The notes under the pieces: generated by a model
Seen by the model: only the letters and a program-made list of their open reading frames with translations
What the model was told of the DNA's origin: nothing
The model's database searches: none
NCBI GenBank assembly: GCA_963717365.1
Contig: OY970327.1
Location: 587,599 to 651,598, forward strand
DNA: 64,000 nt
Direction: 5' to 3'
Source: Candidatus Saccharimonadia bacterium
GTDB lineage: Bacteria > Patescibacteriota > Saccharimonadia > Saccharimonadales > 2-12-FULL-41-12
Program-made: the position numbers and the translations under genes
Shown here: positions 54,240 through 64,000 of the stretch, one piece after another
Layout: every line of letters starts with the position of its first letter
Numbering within the stretch: position 1 is the first letter of the stretch

Positions 54240-56180
54240 ATGTATTTTTACGAGGTCGCACCCGCCAGCCGGCAGTATCATGGCACCGGACCGCTAACAT
54301 ATAGCAGCGTAACTCGGTTAGAAGCGGGCTGTATTATTGTTGTAAAAATTCGTTCCAGCATCGTTATGGCATTTGTGGTCCGCGAAGTTGAAAAACCTGA
54401 ATTCAAGACCAATCCAATCGAAGCTACTACTAACGCAATACTACCGAATCAACACATCGGCTTATTTAGCTGGTTGCTTGAATACTATCCTGCGCCATTC
54501 GGCATTATTTCCCAACAATTTTTACCGTTGGCTGGGCCAAAACAATACGTTTTTACTGAACCGAAAACAAAAGTAAGCCGTTCGGCTCTAGTTGAAAATC
54601 CACCGCTGACAGCTGAACAAAAAAATGTACTTACCAGTATAACCGCTGCTACCGGTCCTGTTCTGCTACATGGCGAAACCGGCACTGGTAAGACCCGCGT
54701 TTATATAGAACTTGCCCGTCAAGCAATCGCTAACGGCAAATCAGTTCTCATTCTTGTTCCAGAAATTGCCCTGTCACCACAAATTGTGGCTAGCTTTGAA
54801 AGTCATATGGCCGTCCCTGTGCGTGTTACCCACTCCAATTTAACGCCTGCCCGTCGACGAGAGGTGTGGCAGGCAATTCAGGATAGCGATAGTCCGCAAA
54901 TAGTCATCGGGCCCCGCTCTGCATTATTTATGCCACTGAGCGATGTTGGACTGGTGGTTATTGACGAGTTCCATGAGCCTGCCTACAAGCAAGATCAGGC
55001 CCCCTACTACCAGGCTACTCGAGCTGCCAGTCAGTTAGCACGTTTGCACGGCGCCAAGTTTGTTATGGGTTCAGCAACCCCCCCAATCAGTGAATATTAT
55101 ATTGCGGAGCAGCGGAATATACAGATTATACGCATGCAGGAAAAAGCCGTCGCTATTACTAGCGGTAATGTTGAGACGCAAATAGTAAACATCCGCGACA
55201 GCACCGAGCGCACCCGCTATCCACTACTAAGCACAACACTGCTAGCAGCCATTACCAAAACACTGGCCCGCCAGGAGCAAAGCCTGCTCTTTTTGAACAA
55301 GCGCGGCAGCGCCCGGCTAATTTTATGCCAGAAATGCGGCTGGCACGCCGTCTGCCCACGCTGTGACTTGCCTTACACCTACCACGGCGATAAACACCGG
55401 CTGCAGTGTCACACTTGTGGCCACCACATCCCCGCGCCCAGCGTCTGCCCCGAATGCAGCTCCCACGAAATCATCTTTAAAAGCCCCGGTACTAAAGCTA
55501 TCGTTGAAGCGGTCACTCATGCCTTCCCCAATGCCCGGATTGCCCGCTTTGACATGGACAACCGGACGGCCGACCGCTTTGCCGCTCGCCAAGGCGAAAT
55601 TCAGCGTGGTGAAATTGATATCCTCATCGGTACCCAATTGTTGGCCAAAGGCCATGACTTGCCACGATTGTCACTAGTAGGAATTTTGCTCGCTGAAAAC
55701 GAGCTACAATTCCCCGACTATACCTCTAGTGAGCGCTCTTACCAGCTGATGCACCAACTAATTGGACGAGTGGGTCGTGGCCACCGCAGCGGCGAAGTGG
55801 TAGTACAAACCTATGATCCTGAAAATACTGCGGTACAAACTGCCGTCGGCAATTATTCTTGGCAGCAGTTTTATGACGCTCAAATGCTTGAACGTAAGCA
55901 ATTCGAACTCCCCCCTTTCTTTTACCTGATGAAAATCGAGGTTACACGGGCCCGCCAAGCAACAGTAGCAAGCTCATGTGATCAAATTATGAAATTCCTG
56001 CGCGAGTCCGGCGAACCTATCAAAATTTCTGGCCCTACGCCTAGTTTTATTGAGAAGCGCAACAACACCTACACCTGGCAAATCATTGTCAAAGCTAAAC
56101 AGCGTCCTGCCCTCACCCGCCTGGCACAAACTATTCCTGTCAAATGCATCATCAATTTAGACCCAAGCAATTTACTGTAA
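54240..56180 (+). CDS. priA: Primosomal protein N-prime (PriA helicase)
   Basis: Walker A GETGTGKT, DEFHE, a Cys-rich Zn insertion (CQKCGW..CPRC..CHTCGH..CPEC). TATACT lies 9 nt upstream of the ATG. Confidence 0.85.
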   Translation: MYFYEVAPASRQYHGTGPLTYSSVTRLEAGCIIVVKIRSSIVMAFVVREVEKPEFKTNPIEATTNAILPNQHIGLFSWLLEYYPAPFGIISQQFLPLAGPKQYVFTEPKTKVSRSALVENPPLTAEQKNVLTSITAATGPVLLHGETGTGKTRVYIELARQAIANGKSVLILVPEIALSPQIVASFESHMAVPVRVTHSNLTPARRREVWQAIQDSDSPQIVIGPRSALFMPLSDVGLVVIDEFHEPAYKQDQAPYYQATRAASQLARLHGAKFVMGSATPPISEYYIAEQRNIQIIRMQEKAVAITSGNVETQIVNIRDSTERTRYPLLSTTLLAAITKTLARQEQSLLFLNKRGSARLILCQKCGWHAVCPRCDLPYTYHGDKHRLQCHTCGHHIPAPSVCPECSSHEIIFKSPGTKAIVEAVTHAFPNARIARFDMDNRTADRFAARQGEIQRGEIDILIGTQLLAKGHDLPRLSLVGILLAENELQFPDYTSSERSYQLMHQLIGRVGRGHRSGEVVVQTYDPENTAVQTAVGNYSWQQFYDAQMLERKQFELPPFFYLMKIEVTRARQATVASSCDQIMKFLRESGEPIKISGPTPSFIEKRNNTYTWQIIVKAKQRPALTRLAQTIPVKCIINLDPSNLL

Positions 56181-56210
56181 TCAGTTGTCGTGCTGTATAC
56201 TTAATCAGAT

Positions 56211-56783
56211 ATGAAATTTCGACCGATCATCACATTACCAGAGAAAAACCTTAGAAAACGCTCAACCAAGGTGGGTTTTATTGATGACCAGACCGTTTCG
56301 CTGATCAAAGAGATGGAAGCAGCAACTCTAGACTGGGAAGATGGACGGCCCCACGAGGTGGGCGTAGCTTTAGCAGCAGTTCAAATTAATGACCTCAAGC
56401 GAGTGGTTATTATTCGTAATAACTTTGATAACAAAGAAGATCGTGGTTTTCAGGTATTTATTAATCCAGAAATCACTAAATATGAGGGTGTTGTTGAGGA
56501 AGATTTCGAGGGCTGTCTCAGTGTCAAAGACGTCTATGGCAAAGTCCCCCGCCACAGCAAGGTCCGCATCAAAGCGCTCGACCACGAAGGTAAGCCAATT
56601 CGACTCAAGGCCGAAGGGTTTTTAGCCCGGGTATTCCAGCACGAAATCGATCATACCAACGGCATTGTCTTTGTAGACCATATCAAAGACCGCAAGGAAG
56701 CCTTTTATAAGTTAACCGACGAGGGAAAGCTGGAGAGTTTAGATTATGAAGAAGCAATCGCCCAAAATAATATTCTTTGGTAA
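56211..56783 (+). CDS. def: Peptide deformylase
   Basis: Motifs GVALAAVQI, EGCLS and HEIDH. Confidence 0.9.
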   Translation: MKFRPIITLPEKNLRKRSTKVGFIDDQTVSLIKEMEAATLDWEDGRPHEVGVALAAVQINDLKRVVIIRNNFDNKEDRGFQVFINPEITKYEGVVEEDFEGCLSVKDVYGKVPRHSKVRIKALDHEGKPIRLKAEGFLARVFQHEIDHTNGIVFVDHIKDRKEAFYKLTDEGKLESLDYEEAIAQNNILW

Positions 56784-57711
56784 CGAACGTCTTGCTACCG
56801 GAGTTACCACGACTTGTCCGACGCTTCAGGCCTTACTGAAGGCCGGTTACGACGTAGTCGCTGTAGTACTCCATAACCAATCTGCAACCTCGCGCAGCCA
56901 ACGCGCGGTAGAAATTGCAGAGTTGGCTAAACTTCACCATATCCCAATTCTCATGCCTCATAAACTATCCTCTATCGTCGGTGATTTAGCTGCTCTCAAG
57001 GCAGAAGTTGGAGTTCTGGTCGCTTTCGGTAAAATTATTCCCCAAGCGGTTATTGATATCTTCCCAAAAGGTATTCTCAATATTCACCCTTCCCAGTTGC
57101 CAAAACACCGTGGGCCAACACCTCTAGAAAGTGTTATCCTGAGCGGCGAAAATCAGACAGCCGTTTCTCTCATGAAGCTGACAGCCGAAATGGACGCTGG
57201 CCCTGTATATGCCCAACAGTTACTTTCTGTACCCGGTACTATCACTAAACAATCGCTGGCAGACAGTGTATCGCAAATTGGTTCAAAATTAGTTATTCAG
57301 CACCTATTACGTATTCTTGATGGCAGTTTGCAACCCCAGCCACAAAACCACCAGCAAGCTACCTATGACTCACTCATTAGCAAAACCGATGGCGAGCTGG
57401 ACTGGACTCGTCCTGCGACAATGTTGGAGCGACAAATAAGGGCCTATTGTACTTGGCCTAAAAGCCGTACTACCATTGGAGCACACCAGTTAATCATCAC
57501 TTCAGCTGATGTTATTAATACATCGGACATTAGTTTGTTTATACCTGATATCAAGGCAGGCCAACCTGGCGAATACCATGCTACCAAGAAAGAGTTGGTC
57601 GTTTACTGCGGGGAAGATGCGCTTAGGGTTCGCACTGTTCAACCTGTTAATAAAAAAGAAATGCCTATTCAGGCATTTCTTTCCGGCTACCAGCTTCAGC
57701 TGCCGTTGTAG
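56746..57711 (+). CDS. fmt: Methionyl-tRNA formyltransferase
   Basis: 321 aa with HPSQLPKHRGPTP. Overlaps the def end by 38 nt. Confidence 0.9.
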   Translation: MKKQSPKIIFFGNERLATGVTTTCPTLQALLKAGYDVVAVVLHNQSATSRSQRAVEIAELAKLHHIPILMPHKLSSIVGDLAALKAEVGVLVAFGKIIPQAVIDIFPKGILNIHPSQLPKHRGPTPLESVILSGENQTAVSLMKLTAEMDAGPVYAQQLLSVPGTITKQSLADSVSQIGSKLVIQHLLRILDGSLQPQPQNHQQATYDSLISKTDGELDWTRPATMLERQIRAYCTWPKSRTTIGAHQLIITSADVINTSDISLFIPDIKAGQPGEYHATKKELVVYCGEDALRVRTVQPVNKKEMPIQAFLSGYQLQLPL

Positions 57712-57727
57712 CAAATACTACTATAAA

Positions 57728-58054
57728 TTACTGTCCGGACTGGCCAGCTGACTCGGCAACAATGTGCGGAGCGGCGGCTGATACTTCAGCCTTAAGCTTT
57801 TCTAGCTCATCGGCAACTACTTGGCGGTAGTTTGGGAAATTAGTTTCTAGCCATTTGAGGGCGCCTTCTTCGTCGTTGGCATTCATTAGGCCTTCAAACT
57901 CATCAAGCTGCGCTTCGGTCATGTTGCTGGCAAGCGTCATTCCGACTCGCATTTCCAGCGTTTCGTAAATGTGGGCCTTCATTTTATCTTTTTCTTCTTG
58001 GGGCAAACTGCCTAAGCCGAGACTTTCTAAAAATTTGTCATCTATCTGAAACAT
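57728..58054 (-). CDS. Hypothetical small acidic helical protein
   Basis: 108-aa ORF. No family recognised with confidence. Confidence 0.4.
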   Translation of the reverse strand: MFQIDDKFLESLGLGSLPQEEKDKMKAHIYETLEMRVGMTLASNMTEAQLDEFEGLMNANDEEGALKWLETNFPNYRQVVADELEKLKAEVSAAAPHIVAESAGQSGQ

Positions 58055-58100
58055 AGTATCTTCCTGTTTATCTTTTTATATTGTACCAAACAAACCTAGT

Positions 58101-59828
58101 TTAAGGAGTCTGTAGTTTATTCATTCTTTTAAGTTCAGCGCGGATCTCCGCATCGGTCATATTTACTACGCCTGCGGTATTCCCGGTTCCAACTGGCTTA
58201 ATCGGCTGATTTTGATCGACAAGTTGAGTCTTGTCACCGGTGTTCTGAGACATGCCGCCAGCGATTGCGACTACTGCCACAAGAGCCGTGACTGTACCAA
58301 GGGTCCGGGCATATCGTTTTTGTCTTTTTCTATGCTTAGGATCTACCGGGTCAGCAGCGTCGTCTTTCTTCTTGTCTTTTCGGAACATAGCGGCCATTCG
58401 TTGCTTAGCATATTCACGTGCACTTTTTCTCTTGCGAGCTTTGGCTTCGGGAGTATCCTTCGGTGTTACCGGATCATGCGGCAAAGTTGGCTCTTCATCA
58501 TCAAGATCATCAATATCTGGATCCGATGGAGCGGTTGTTGGTTTTGGAGGAACAACAGTTGTTGGTTTTGTCGGTGGATCAGGAACTAAGCTAGGTTTTG
58601 CCATAGGAGCCTTACCTGGAGCTACGTCAAGATCAATTATGATGACTGATTTGTCGTCCTCTTTTTTACTTATCTTAATAAATCGGTCGGCAACATCCTG
58701 AGTAGTATCTGCATCACCCTTCATTGCTTCGTACATTTCTTCAGGAGTTAGGGAATCAGCAACTCCATCACCGGTGATGCCATCGGTACAGATCATTAAT
58801 CGGTCGCTTTCCTTAACAAGGAAATGCGAGAAGACATCGCCAACGGCAGGATTATCAGCCCCAAGTGCATTGTGTATTTTATTAGCGAAGCCCTGGTCTC
58901 TCGTTATTTGTGTTGATCGTGGGGAACCCTGGATATCGTGGTATATACGACTGTCGCCGGCGTGGCCATAAATAGCATAGGTTTCTCCATCAACCACAAT
59001 TAGTTTAAGGACAGACGCGGTGGTCAAACCGTCTTCTCCGTATTCTGATACGGCGGTGCGGGCAGCGACAAAAGCATTTTCCATAGCTGTGATAGCTTCA
59101 CTGATTGATGTGAATTCACGGTCGCCATATTCAGTTTCAAAGTGCATATCAATAGCTTCTTTAGCTGCCTGTGAAGCGGCTTTTGGATTGCCGCCGCCGT
59201 CACCACAACCGTCAAAGACACCAAATAATCGTAAATTTTTATTGACTAAGATAGAATCTTGACCATATTTTGCTTTTTCAGCTGACGCGACATCAATATC
59301 AAGACCATCGTTGATTTCTGGTGACCTAATAATGTTATGAATCGGTTTTGGTGCTGGTGCCGCGGGTGCAGGAGTAGGTTTTGGCTTTGGTGCCGCTGTT
59401 GGTGGAGGAACCGGAGTCATTTTGATTGGTTTTACAGTTGCTGGGACTGGTGCTGGTTTAGGTGCCTGGATTGGATTGGGAGCGGGTGCTGGTTTAGGTT
59501 GTGGAGTTGGTGCTGGTGCTGCTGGAACAACAGGTGTTACGGTTGTATCTATATCATCAGATGTATATTCTTGGCTAATCCAGAATTTCCTACCGTTTAT
59601 AGTGTGCTCTTTTTCGATTAATCCGTGCTTTTTTTCATGCTCTATTGGTTCTTGGGCGAATGGAGGAGGATTAATGTAATCGTTATAGCGTTTAAGTTCT
59701 TCTTTATAATAAGGAGTATAGCCAGCCGAAGCAGCTTCGTTAAGTCGTGCTACCTGTTCTTCAAATGGTTGCATAGAGGTAGCGGGAGCGCTTAACTCTG
59801 GGCTAGGATGGTTAGTTTTTTCTGTCAT
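58101..59828 (-). CDS. PP2C (PPM) family Ser/Thr phosphatase with Pro-rich linkers and a C-terminal TM anchor
   Basis: PP2C motifs FGVFDGCGDGGG and DRLMICTDGITGD. Two P/A/K/T-rich tracts and a TM helix (TLGTVTALVAVVAIAGG) near the C-terminus. Confidence 0.7.
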   Translation of the reverse strand: MTEKTNHPSPELSAPATSMQPFEEQVARLNEAASAGYTPYYKEELKRYNDYINPPPFAQEPIEHEKKHGLIEKEHTINGRKFWISQEYTSDDIDTTVTPVVPAAPAPTPQPKPAPAPNPIQAPKPAPVPATVKPIKMTPVPPPTAAPKPKPTPAPAAPAPKPIHNIIRSPEINDGLDIDVASAEKAKYGQDSILVNKNLRLFGVFDGCGDGGGNPKAASQAAKEAIDMHFETEYGDREFTSISEAITAMENAFVAARTAVSEYGEDGLTTASVLKLIVVDGETYAIYGHAGDSRIYHDIQGSPRSTQITRDQGFANKIHNALGADNPAVGDVFSHFLVKESDRLMICTDGITGDGVADSLTPEEMYEAMKGDADTTQDVADRFIKISKKEDDKSVIIIDLDVAPGKAPMAKPSLVPDPPTKPTTVVPPKPTTAPSDPDIDDLDDEEPTLPHDPVTPKDTPEAKARKRKSAREYAKQRMAAMFRKDKKKDDAADPVDPKHRKRQKRYARTLGTVTALVAVVAIAGGMSQNTGDKTQLVDQNQPIKPVGTGNTAGVVNMTDAEIRAELKRMNKLQTP

Positions 59829-59964
59829 AGAGATTGTTCCTTACTTGATACTTAAAATATGATCAATTTGTAATTGAAAGTATTGTTTAAATTGTAGCAC
59901 AATAATGCGTAAATGTCAATATGTTTGTGTGGGGTAATTTTTTTGAAGGTGTTAAGTAGATAAG

Positions 59965-61482
59965 CTATAGAGCTATTATGGTGATACTTCCCAGTATAAC
60001 TACGGCAACACCTGCTAAGATACCGGTTCGGATAGATTGCTTATAGAGATCTGTGCCGGGCATAGATGACGAATGGCCAATTGTAGAGGGCGGCGCGATG
60101 GGCTGCTCAGCTGTAGCTATAGGTGACCGCTGCCTGATAGCTCGGGAACGTATTTTACTTGAGACCACAGACTGGGCAACCGGCCCATGCCCGGTGGCTG
60201 GAGCGTCTTTGACTTCATAGCGTCGGTCAAAATCTGACTCTTTAATGAATTCAGTGGCTTCCTGGCGACTGGGTTGGTTGCGCATAAGAAATTCGGCGGA
60301 AAGTCCTGGCTGCTCGGGTTGTTTTTGGGTGTCACCTTTTGATGATGACCGAGACAATTGTTCTGATTGAATAGTACCTTCTGCCGACTTAGGAGGAGAC
60401 AGCTTGCCAGTAGCAGCAAGTACTTCCGCAACCTTAACAGGGGCGTTTGGACGCGCCTGGGGTACTTCTGGGAGAGAACGGGCGACTTCAGTTAATCCTG
60501 GTGCAGTTGATGATTGACGTTTTACCGTCGCAACAGAGTCTTCCAGACGGCCGGTGCGCTGCGATTCTTGACGTAAACGAGTTTGGGTAGCTTCTAGTTC
60601 CCTGTTAGTTTTTTTTGCTTCACGACGGATTTTCCGATCACGGCGTTTACTGAGGTAATTAGCCGCTAAAAAGGCCACGAAAGGGCCGGCCAAGCTATTA
60701 CGACGATCAATAATAACAGATGGAGCCTGATTTAAATTGGACGTTGCGGCACTTCCAACCGCGCCGGCGGCCCCTGCTCCGACTATACTAGCTGCAGCAA
60801 CTGCTGGCGCTGCGTTGGCGGCGGCTTGGGCGGCAGTAAACATGACTGGTAGGGCAGCGATATTTAGGGGCGGCGGTGTTGGTGGTGGCGTCTTTGCGGT
60901 TGTTGAATTTAAGGTATCGGTAAAAGTTTCGTCAGTAATATTAGCTTCGGACTGCGGGGACTCTGAGAGTTTGTCATCAGAGATTTCCGGCAATAGTTCC
61001 TTATCATGCAAAAATATTTCTACCTCTGTCTCTGACACTGCTCGCTCAGTTGGCATGTTTGTCTCTTTGGTTGCCGCTGTTGCGGTGGCTAATTCTGGGC
61101 TTGCCGCCGAAATAGCGGTGGCAGATGCCGCTACGCTAGATGCAGTTTGGAGACGCAGACTACGGCGTCGTTTCAGCATGGCACGGATACTGCGGGCAAC
61201 ACCACGACGACGGGGCTTGGCGGTGATGGAGTCAGAATCTTCCTCGTCTTCATCATCTTCGTCACCTTTATACTCATTGGTGGGAGAAGCAGCCTCGAGT
61301 TCGGCCCGCAACATTTCGGCAGCAGATTGCCCAGGTTCTTTTTGCTTATTTAAGGAAAAGTTAATAATTGAGTCGTTTACTGTAAGAGGCTTGATAGGTT
61401 TCCGAGCTGGGAAGGAGGAGTCGGAATCCGTATCATCGTCATCATGTTCGTTGGAGAAAAGACGATCGTAAGGATTTTTCAT
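59965..61482 (-). CDS. Hypothetical low-complexity membrane protein
   Basis: 505 aa with an acidic N-terminus, an Ala/Pro-rich hydrophobic middle and a C-terminal TM. Confidence 0.4.
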   Translation of the reverse strand: MKNPYDRLFSNEHDDDDTDSDSSFPARKPIKPLTVNDSIINFSLNKQKEPGQSAAEMLRAELEAASPTNEYKGDEDDEDEEDSDSITAKPRRRGVARSIRAMLKRRRSLRLQTASSVAASATAISAASPELATATAATKETNMPTERAVSETEVEIFLHDKELLPEISDDKLSESPQSEANITDETFTDTLNSTTAKTPPPTPPPLNIAALPVMFTAAQAAANAAPAVAAASIVGAGAAGAVGSAATSNLNQAPSVIIDRRNSLAGPFVAFLAANYLSKRRDRKIRREAKKTNRELEATQTRLRQESQRTGRLEDSVATVKRQSSTAPGLTEVARSLPEVPQARPNAPVKVAEVLAATGKLSPPKSAEGTIQSEQLSRSSSKGDTQKQPEQPGLSAEFLMRNQPSRQEATEFIKESDFDRRYEVKDAPATGHGPVAQSVVSSKIRSRAIRQRSPIATAEQPIAPPSTIGHSSSMPGTDLYKQSIRTGILAGVAVVILGSITIIAL

Positions 61483-61487
61483 AATAA

Positions 61488-63254
61488 TTACAAGGTACGG
61501 GCAACCGTTTTCTGGGTATAAAATTCAATGCGGTCATTTTCTTGAAGATCAACTCTGGACTGGGACTTAAAGCTAACACCACACATTTCGCCTTCTATAA
61601 TTTCTTTGGCTTCTTGAGGGCCGCGCTTTAGGCCGGTAATTTCAACTTCGGCAATTGGCTCATCATCACGGGTAACGGTGGCCAAGGCTGGAGCAGTTAG
61701 TTTGCCTTTGGTGACTTCCCCGCCGCAAATAACTTCGGTCTTGGTAATTTTAAAGATACCTTTTACTTGCAGGCGGCCAAGGTCTGTTCTGATAATTTCC
61801 GGCGGCAAAAGTTTGGTTAATTCGTCTTTAACATCATCAATTAACTCATATATGATGCTAAATATACGAATTGATACGCGATCGCGGTTAGCGAGCTGTT
61901 TAATACTTGCCGGTGCCTGTACGCTGAAGCCATAAATAATGGCGTTGCTGGTGGCTGCCAGATGGGCGTCTTTTTCGGTAATTACCCCGACACCGGAGCC
62001 GACGATTCGAATGGCAACTTCATCGGTATCAAGTGATTTAAGGCTGTCTATAACAGAGGTTAGTGAGCCTTGGACATCGGCTTTGATGATAATGTTAAGT
62101 TCATTTACTTTATTGGTGCGGTTAATGATGCGGATCAGTTCGCTGCCGCTCATATCTGAGCTGGCACTGGCTTGGGCGCGGGTGACGGCATGGGCAGCCG
62201 CTTGGGCGCGGGCTTCTTTTTCATTTTTGACAACGTTAAATTCATCTCCGAATTCTGGTAAAGCCTTGAAGCCAGTTATCATAGCAGGGGTGGAAGGACC
62301 AGCGTTAACGAGCGTTTTTGTGGTGGTGGATTCTAGGTTGCGTACTTTGGCGTAGGTGGCGCCAGCTACTACGAAATCTCCCTTTGATAGCGTACCTGCT
62401 TCAACTAAAGCTACTGCCACAGGACCGCGGCCCTGTTCCATATGGGCTTCGATGATCAGGCCGCTGGCGGGACCTTTTGTAATGGCACGCAGGTCTTCAA
62501 CATCGGCAACCAGCAGTACCATGTCGAGTAATTTGTCGATGTTTTGCTTGGTTTTAGCGGATACTTCAACGGCAATTATTTCGCCGCCCCACTCTTCTAT
62601 GAGTAAGTCCTGTTCGGACAGCTGCTGTTTGACGCGGTCGGCGTTGGCGCCTTCTTTGTCTATTTTATTGATGGCAACGATGATTTTAACGTCGGCTTTG
62701 CGAGCAAAACGGATTGCTTCTAACGTTTGCGGCTTAATTCCGTCGTCGGCAGCCACCACAATAATAACTACATCTGTCAGATGGGCGCCGTGTTCGCGGA
62801 TAGCCGCAAAGGCTTCGTGGCCGGGCGTATCAAGGAATGTCACGGTGCGGCCGTTATGATCTACCTGGTAGGCAGAAATGTGCTGGGTTATGCCCCCGGC
62901 TTCGGAGGTAGCAACTTTAGAAGTACAGATAGCATCGAGCAGTGATGTCTTGCCGTGGTCAACGTGACCCATAACGGCTACCACTGGCGGTCGGGTTTCG
63001 CCGCCTTCGGTAGTTTTGCGATCTTGCTTGCGACGGCCAAGGTTTGTTTCTACTTTTTTACGGGCTAATTCAACGTCTAGATCGGGCAGCTCACCGATGA
63101 TAATTTGGGCTGTATCAAAATCTACCCGTTCATTGACGGTAGCTAGTACGCCGTTTTTCATCAGTTCGCTGATTAGGCTAGTTACTGGTATTTGCAACTC
63201 TTCAGCTAGAGCGCCTACGGTAATGCCATCTTCGATTTCAATTGTCCGGGCCAT
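61488..63254 (-). CDS. infB: Translation initiation factor IF-2 (short N-terminus)
   Basis: G-domain [13 protein letters not shown] and NKID. 588 aa. Confidence 0.92.
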   Translation of the reverse strand: MARTIEIEDGITVGALAEELQIPVTSLISELMKNGVLATVNERVDFDTAQIIIGELPDLDVELARKKVETNLGRRKQDRKTTEGGETRPPVVAVMGHVDHGKTSLLDAICTSKVATSEAGGITQHISAYQVDHNGRTVTFLDTPGHEAFAAIREHGAHLTDVVIIVVAADDGIKPQTLEAIRFARKADVKIIVAINKIDKEGANADRVKQQLSEQDLLIEEWGGEIIAVEVSAKTKQNIDKLLDMVLLVADVEDLRAITKGPASGLIIEAHMEQGRGPVAVALVEAGTLSKGDFVVAGATYAKVRNLESTTTKTLVNAGPSTPAMITGFKALPEFGDEFNVVKNEKEARAQAAAHAVTRAQASASSDMSGSELIRIINRTNKVNELNIIIKADVQGSLTSVIDSLKSLDTDEVAIRIVGSGVGVITEKDAHLAATSNAIIYGFSVQAPASIKQLANRDRVSIRIFSIIYELIDDVKDELTKLLPPEIIRTDLGRLQVKGIFKITKTEVICGGEVTKGKLTAPALATVTRDDEPIAEVEITGLKRGPQEAKEIIEGEMCGVSFKSQSRVDLQENDRIEFYTQKTVARTL

Positions 63255-63320
63255 GATATGCGCTCCTTTCTTGCTTCTAAGTTACGTTACTTACATTTCG
63301 GTGAGATACGTTAGTTATAG

Positions 63321-64000
63321 TTATTTAGCCTTCGGTTTTGATTCTTTAAGGCTCAGCGCAATTTTACGTGATTCGGTATCTATGTCGATCACTTTGAACT
63401 GCTTTTTCTCATTCAGTTTAAAGATTTCTTCGGGGTTAACCGCATCGTCATTGCTCATTTCTGAAACATGAACTAGGGCTTCTACGGCTGAGCTGAGTTG
63501 TACAAAAGCACCAAACGGCGTGATCCGGGTGACTTTACCTTCGACATTTTCGCCTTTTTTGAAGGCTTTAACTTCTTCTAGCCATGGATCTTGTTGCATT
63601 TGCTTCAGGCTGAGACTCAGGCGGTCTTTATCGATGGCGATAATCTTGGCCTCAACGTCCTGGCCGGTCTTAATGTAATCGCGCGGATTTTCGACACGTT
63701 CCCAAGAAATTTCCGAGATATGGATAAGGCCTTCGATGCCTTGTACGTTCACGAACGCACCGAAGTCGATAACTCCGGTAACTACGCCGCTTACAGTGTC
63801 ACCGACGGTGAGTTTTGAGAACAACTCTTGCATATCGTCTTTGACAGCTTCTTTTTCGGAGAAGATCAGTTTATTGTCTTTACGACTGACGTCGAGAATT
63901 CGGACGCGAATTGACTGGTTAGTCAGGGCATTTAGTTTTTGTAAAATTTCATCTTTATCAGCGCCAGAAACACGAGGATAATGACCGGCTGCCAACTGTG
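63321..64000 (-). CDS. rpsA: S1 RNA-binding-domain protein (ribosomal protein S1-like), N-terminus beyond the window edge
   Basis: At least two S1 repeats (GDTVSGVVTGVIDFGAFVNV..., GENVEGKVTRITPFGAFVQL...). The frame stays open to position 64000. Confidence 0.7.
   Translation of the reverse strand, partial: QLAAGHYPRVSGADKDEILQKLNALTNQSIRVRILDVSRKDNKLIFSEKEAVKDDMQELFSKLTVGDTVSGVVTGVIDFGAFVNVQGIEGLIHISEISWERVENPRDYIKTGQDVEAKIIAIDKDRLSLSLKQMQQDPWLEEVKAFKKGENVEGKVTRITPFGAFVQLSSAVEALVHVSEMSNDDAVNPEEIFKLNEKKQFKVIDIDTESRKIALSLKESKPKAK

Noticed and set aside
60737-61471. Long plus-strand ORFs antisense to real minus-strand genes: 60737..61471 (244 aa), 34485..35057 (190 aa), 26396..26929 (177 aa), 62356..62859 (167 aa), 7505..7927, 25946..26371.
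   Set aside because: Each lies entirely inside a confidently identified gene on the other strand (hypothetical/PP2C neighbour, htrA, rseP, infB, secA). Their translations are low-complexity A/S/P/R-rich shadow sequences with no motifs.
1-64000. CRISPR arrays, transposases or IS elements, prophage genes, rRNA or tRNA genes, DGR template/variable repeat pairs.
   Set aside because: Reading both strands, I saw no repeat-spacer periodicity, no integrase, transposase or reverse-transcriptase ORFs, no cloverleaf-compatible sequences in the intergenic spacers, and no long near-identical direct repeats. A computational scan (tRNAscan-SE, Infernal, self-dotplot) would be needed to exclude them formally.

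Overview
A 64-kb, almost fully coding housekeeping region with about 60 protein genes, roughly 85% on the minus strand. The organism looks like a small-genome, Gram-positive-type bacterium. Gene content and trimmed domain architectures suggest a CPR/Patescibacteria (Saccharibacteria-like) lineage: short ProRS and IF-2, Zn-less L31, an LCP protein, a heliorhodopsin-like protein, Pro/Ser-rich surface proteins, and nrdR-nrdJ. This lineage call is inference from the sequence only.

Recognisable blocks:
- prfB-ftsE-ftsX plus a PcsB-like CHAP hydrolase
- secA, hpf, serS
- lysS and serA
- greA, proS, proB
- rseP, frr, tsf, rpsB
- rpmE, prfA, prmC
- htrA, an LCP protein, lepB
- parB, parA, rplU, ileS
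- nrdJ, nrdR, ftsZ, ftsA, map, adk, rpsU
- priA, def, fmt
- a PP2C phosphatase, infB, rpsA

Both RF1 and RF2 are present and all frames are intact, so the standard code applies. I found no rRNA, tRNA, CRISPR array or transposase.

Most interesting observations:
1. Two small upstream ORFs enriched in the cognate amino acid, each followed by an intrinsic terminator with a drawable 1:2/2:3/3:4 alternative-pairing scheme. PPPP precedes proB-proS and SSSS precedes serA. These are candidate leader-peptide attenuators.
2. A pervasive leaderless-mRNA architecture, with a -10 box 6-9 nt upstream of the ATG.
3. A heliorhodopsin-like 7TM protein that keeps the TM7 lysine, apparently lacks the helix-3 Glu counterion, and carries a long basic N-terminal tail.
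4. A ~340-nt nrdR-nrdJ spacer built from nested perfect inverted repeats.
5. An ileS T-box with an ultrashort Stem I.
6. A 0.8-kb non-coding parA-rplU spacer with an orphan plus-strand terminator.
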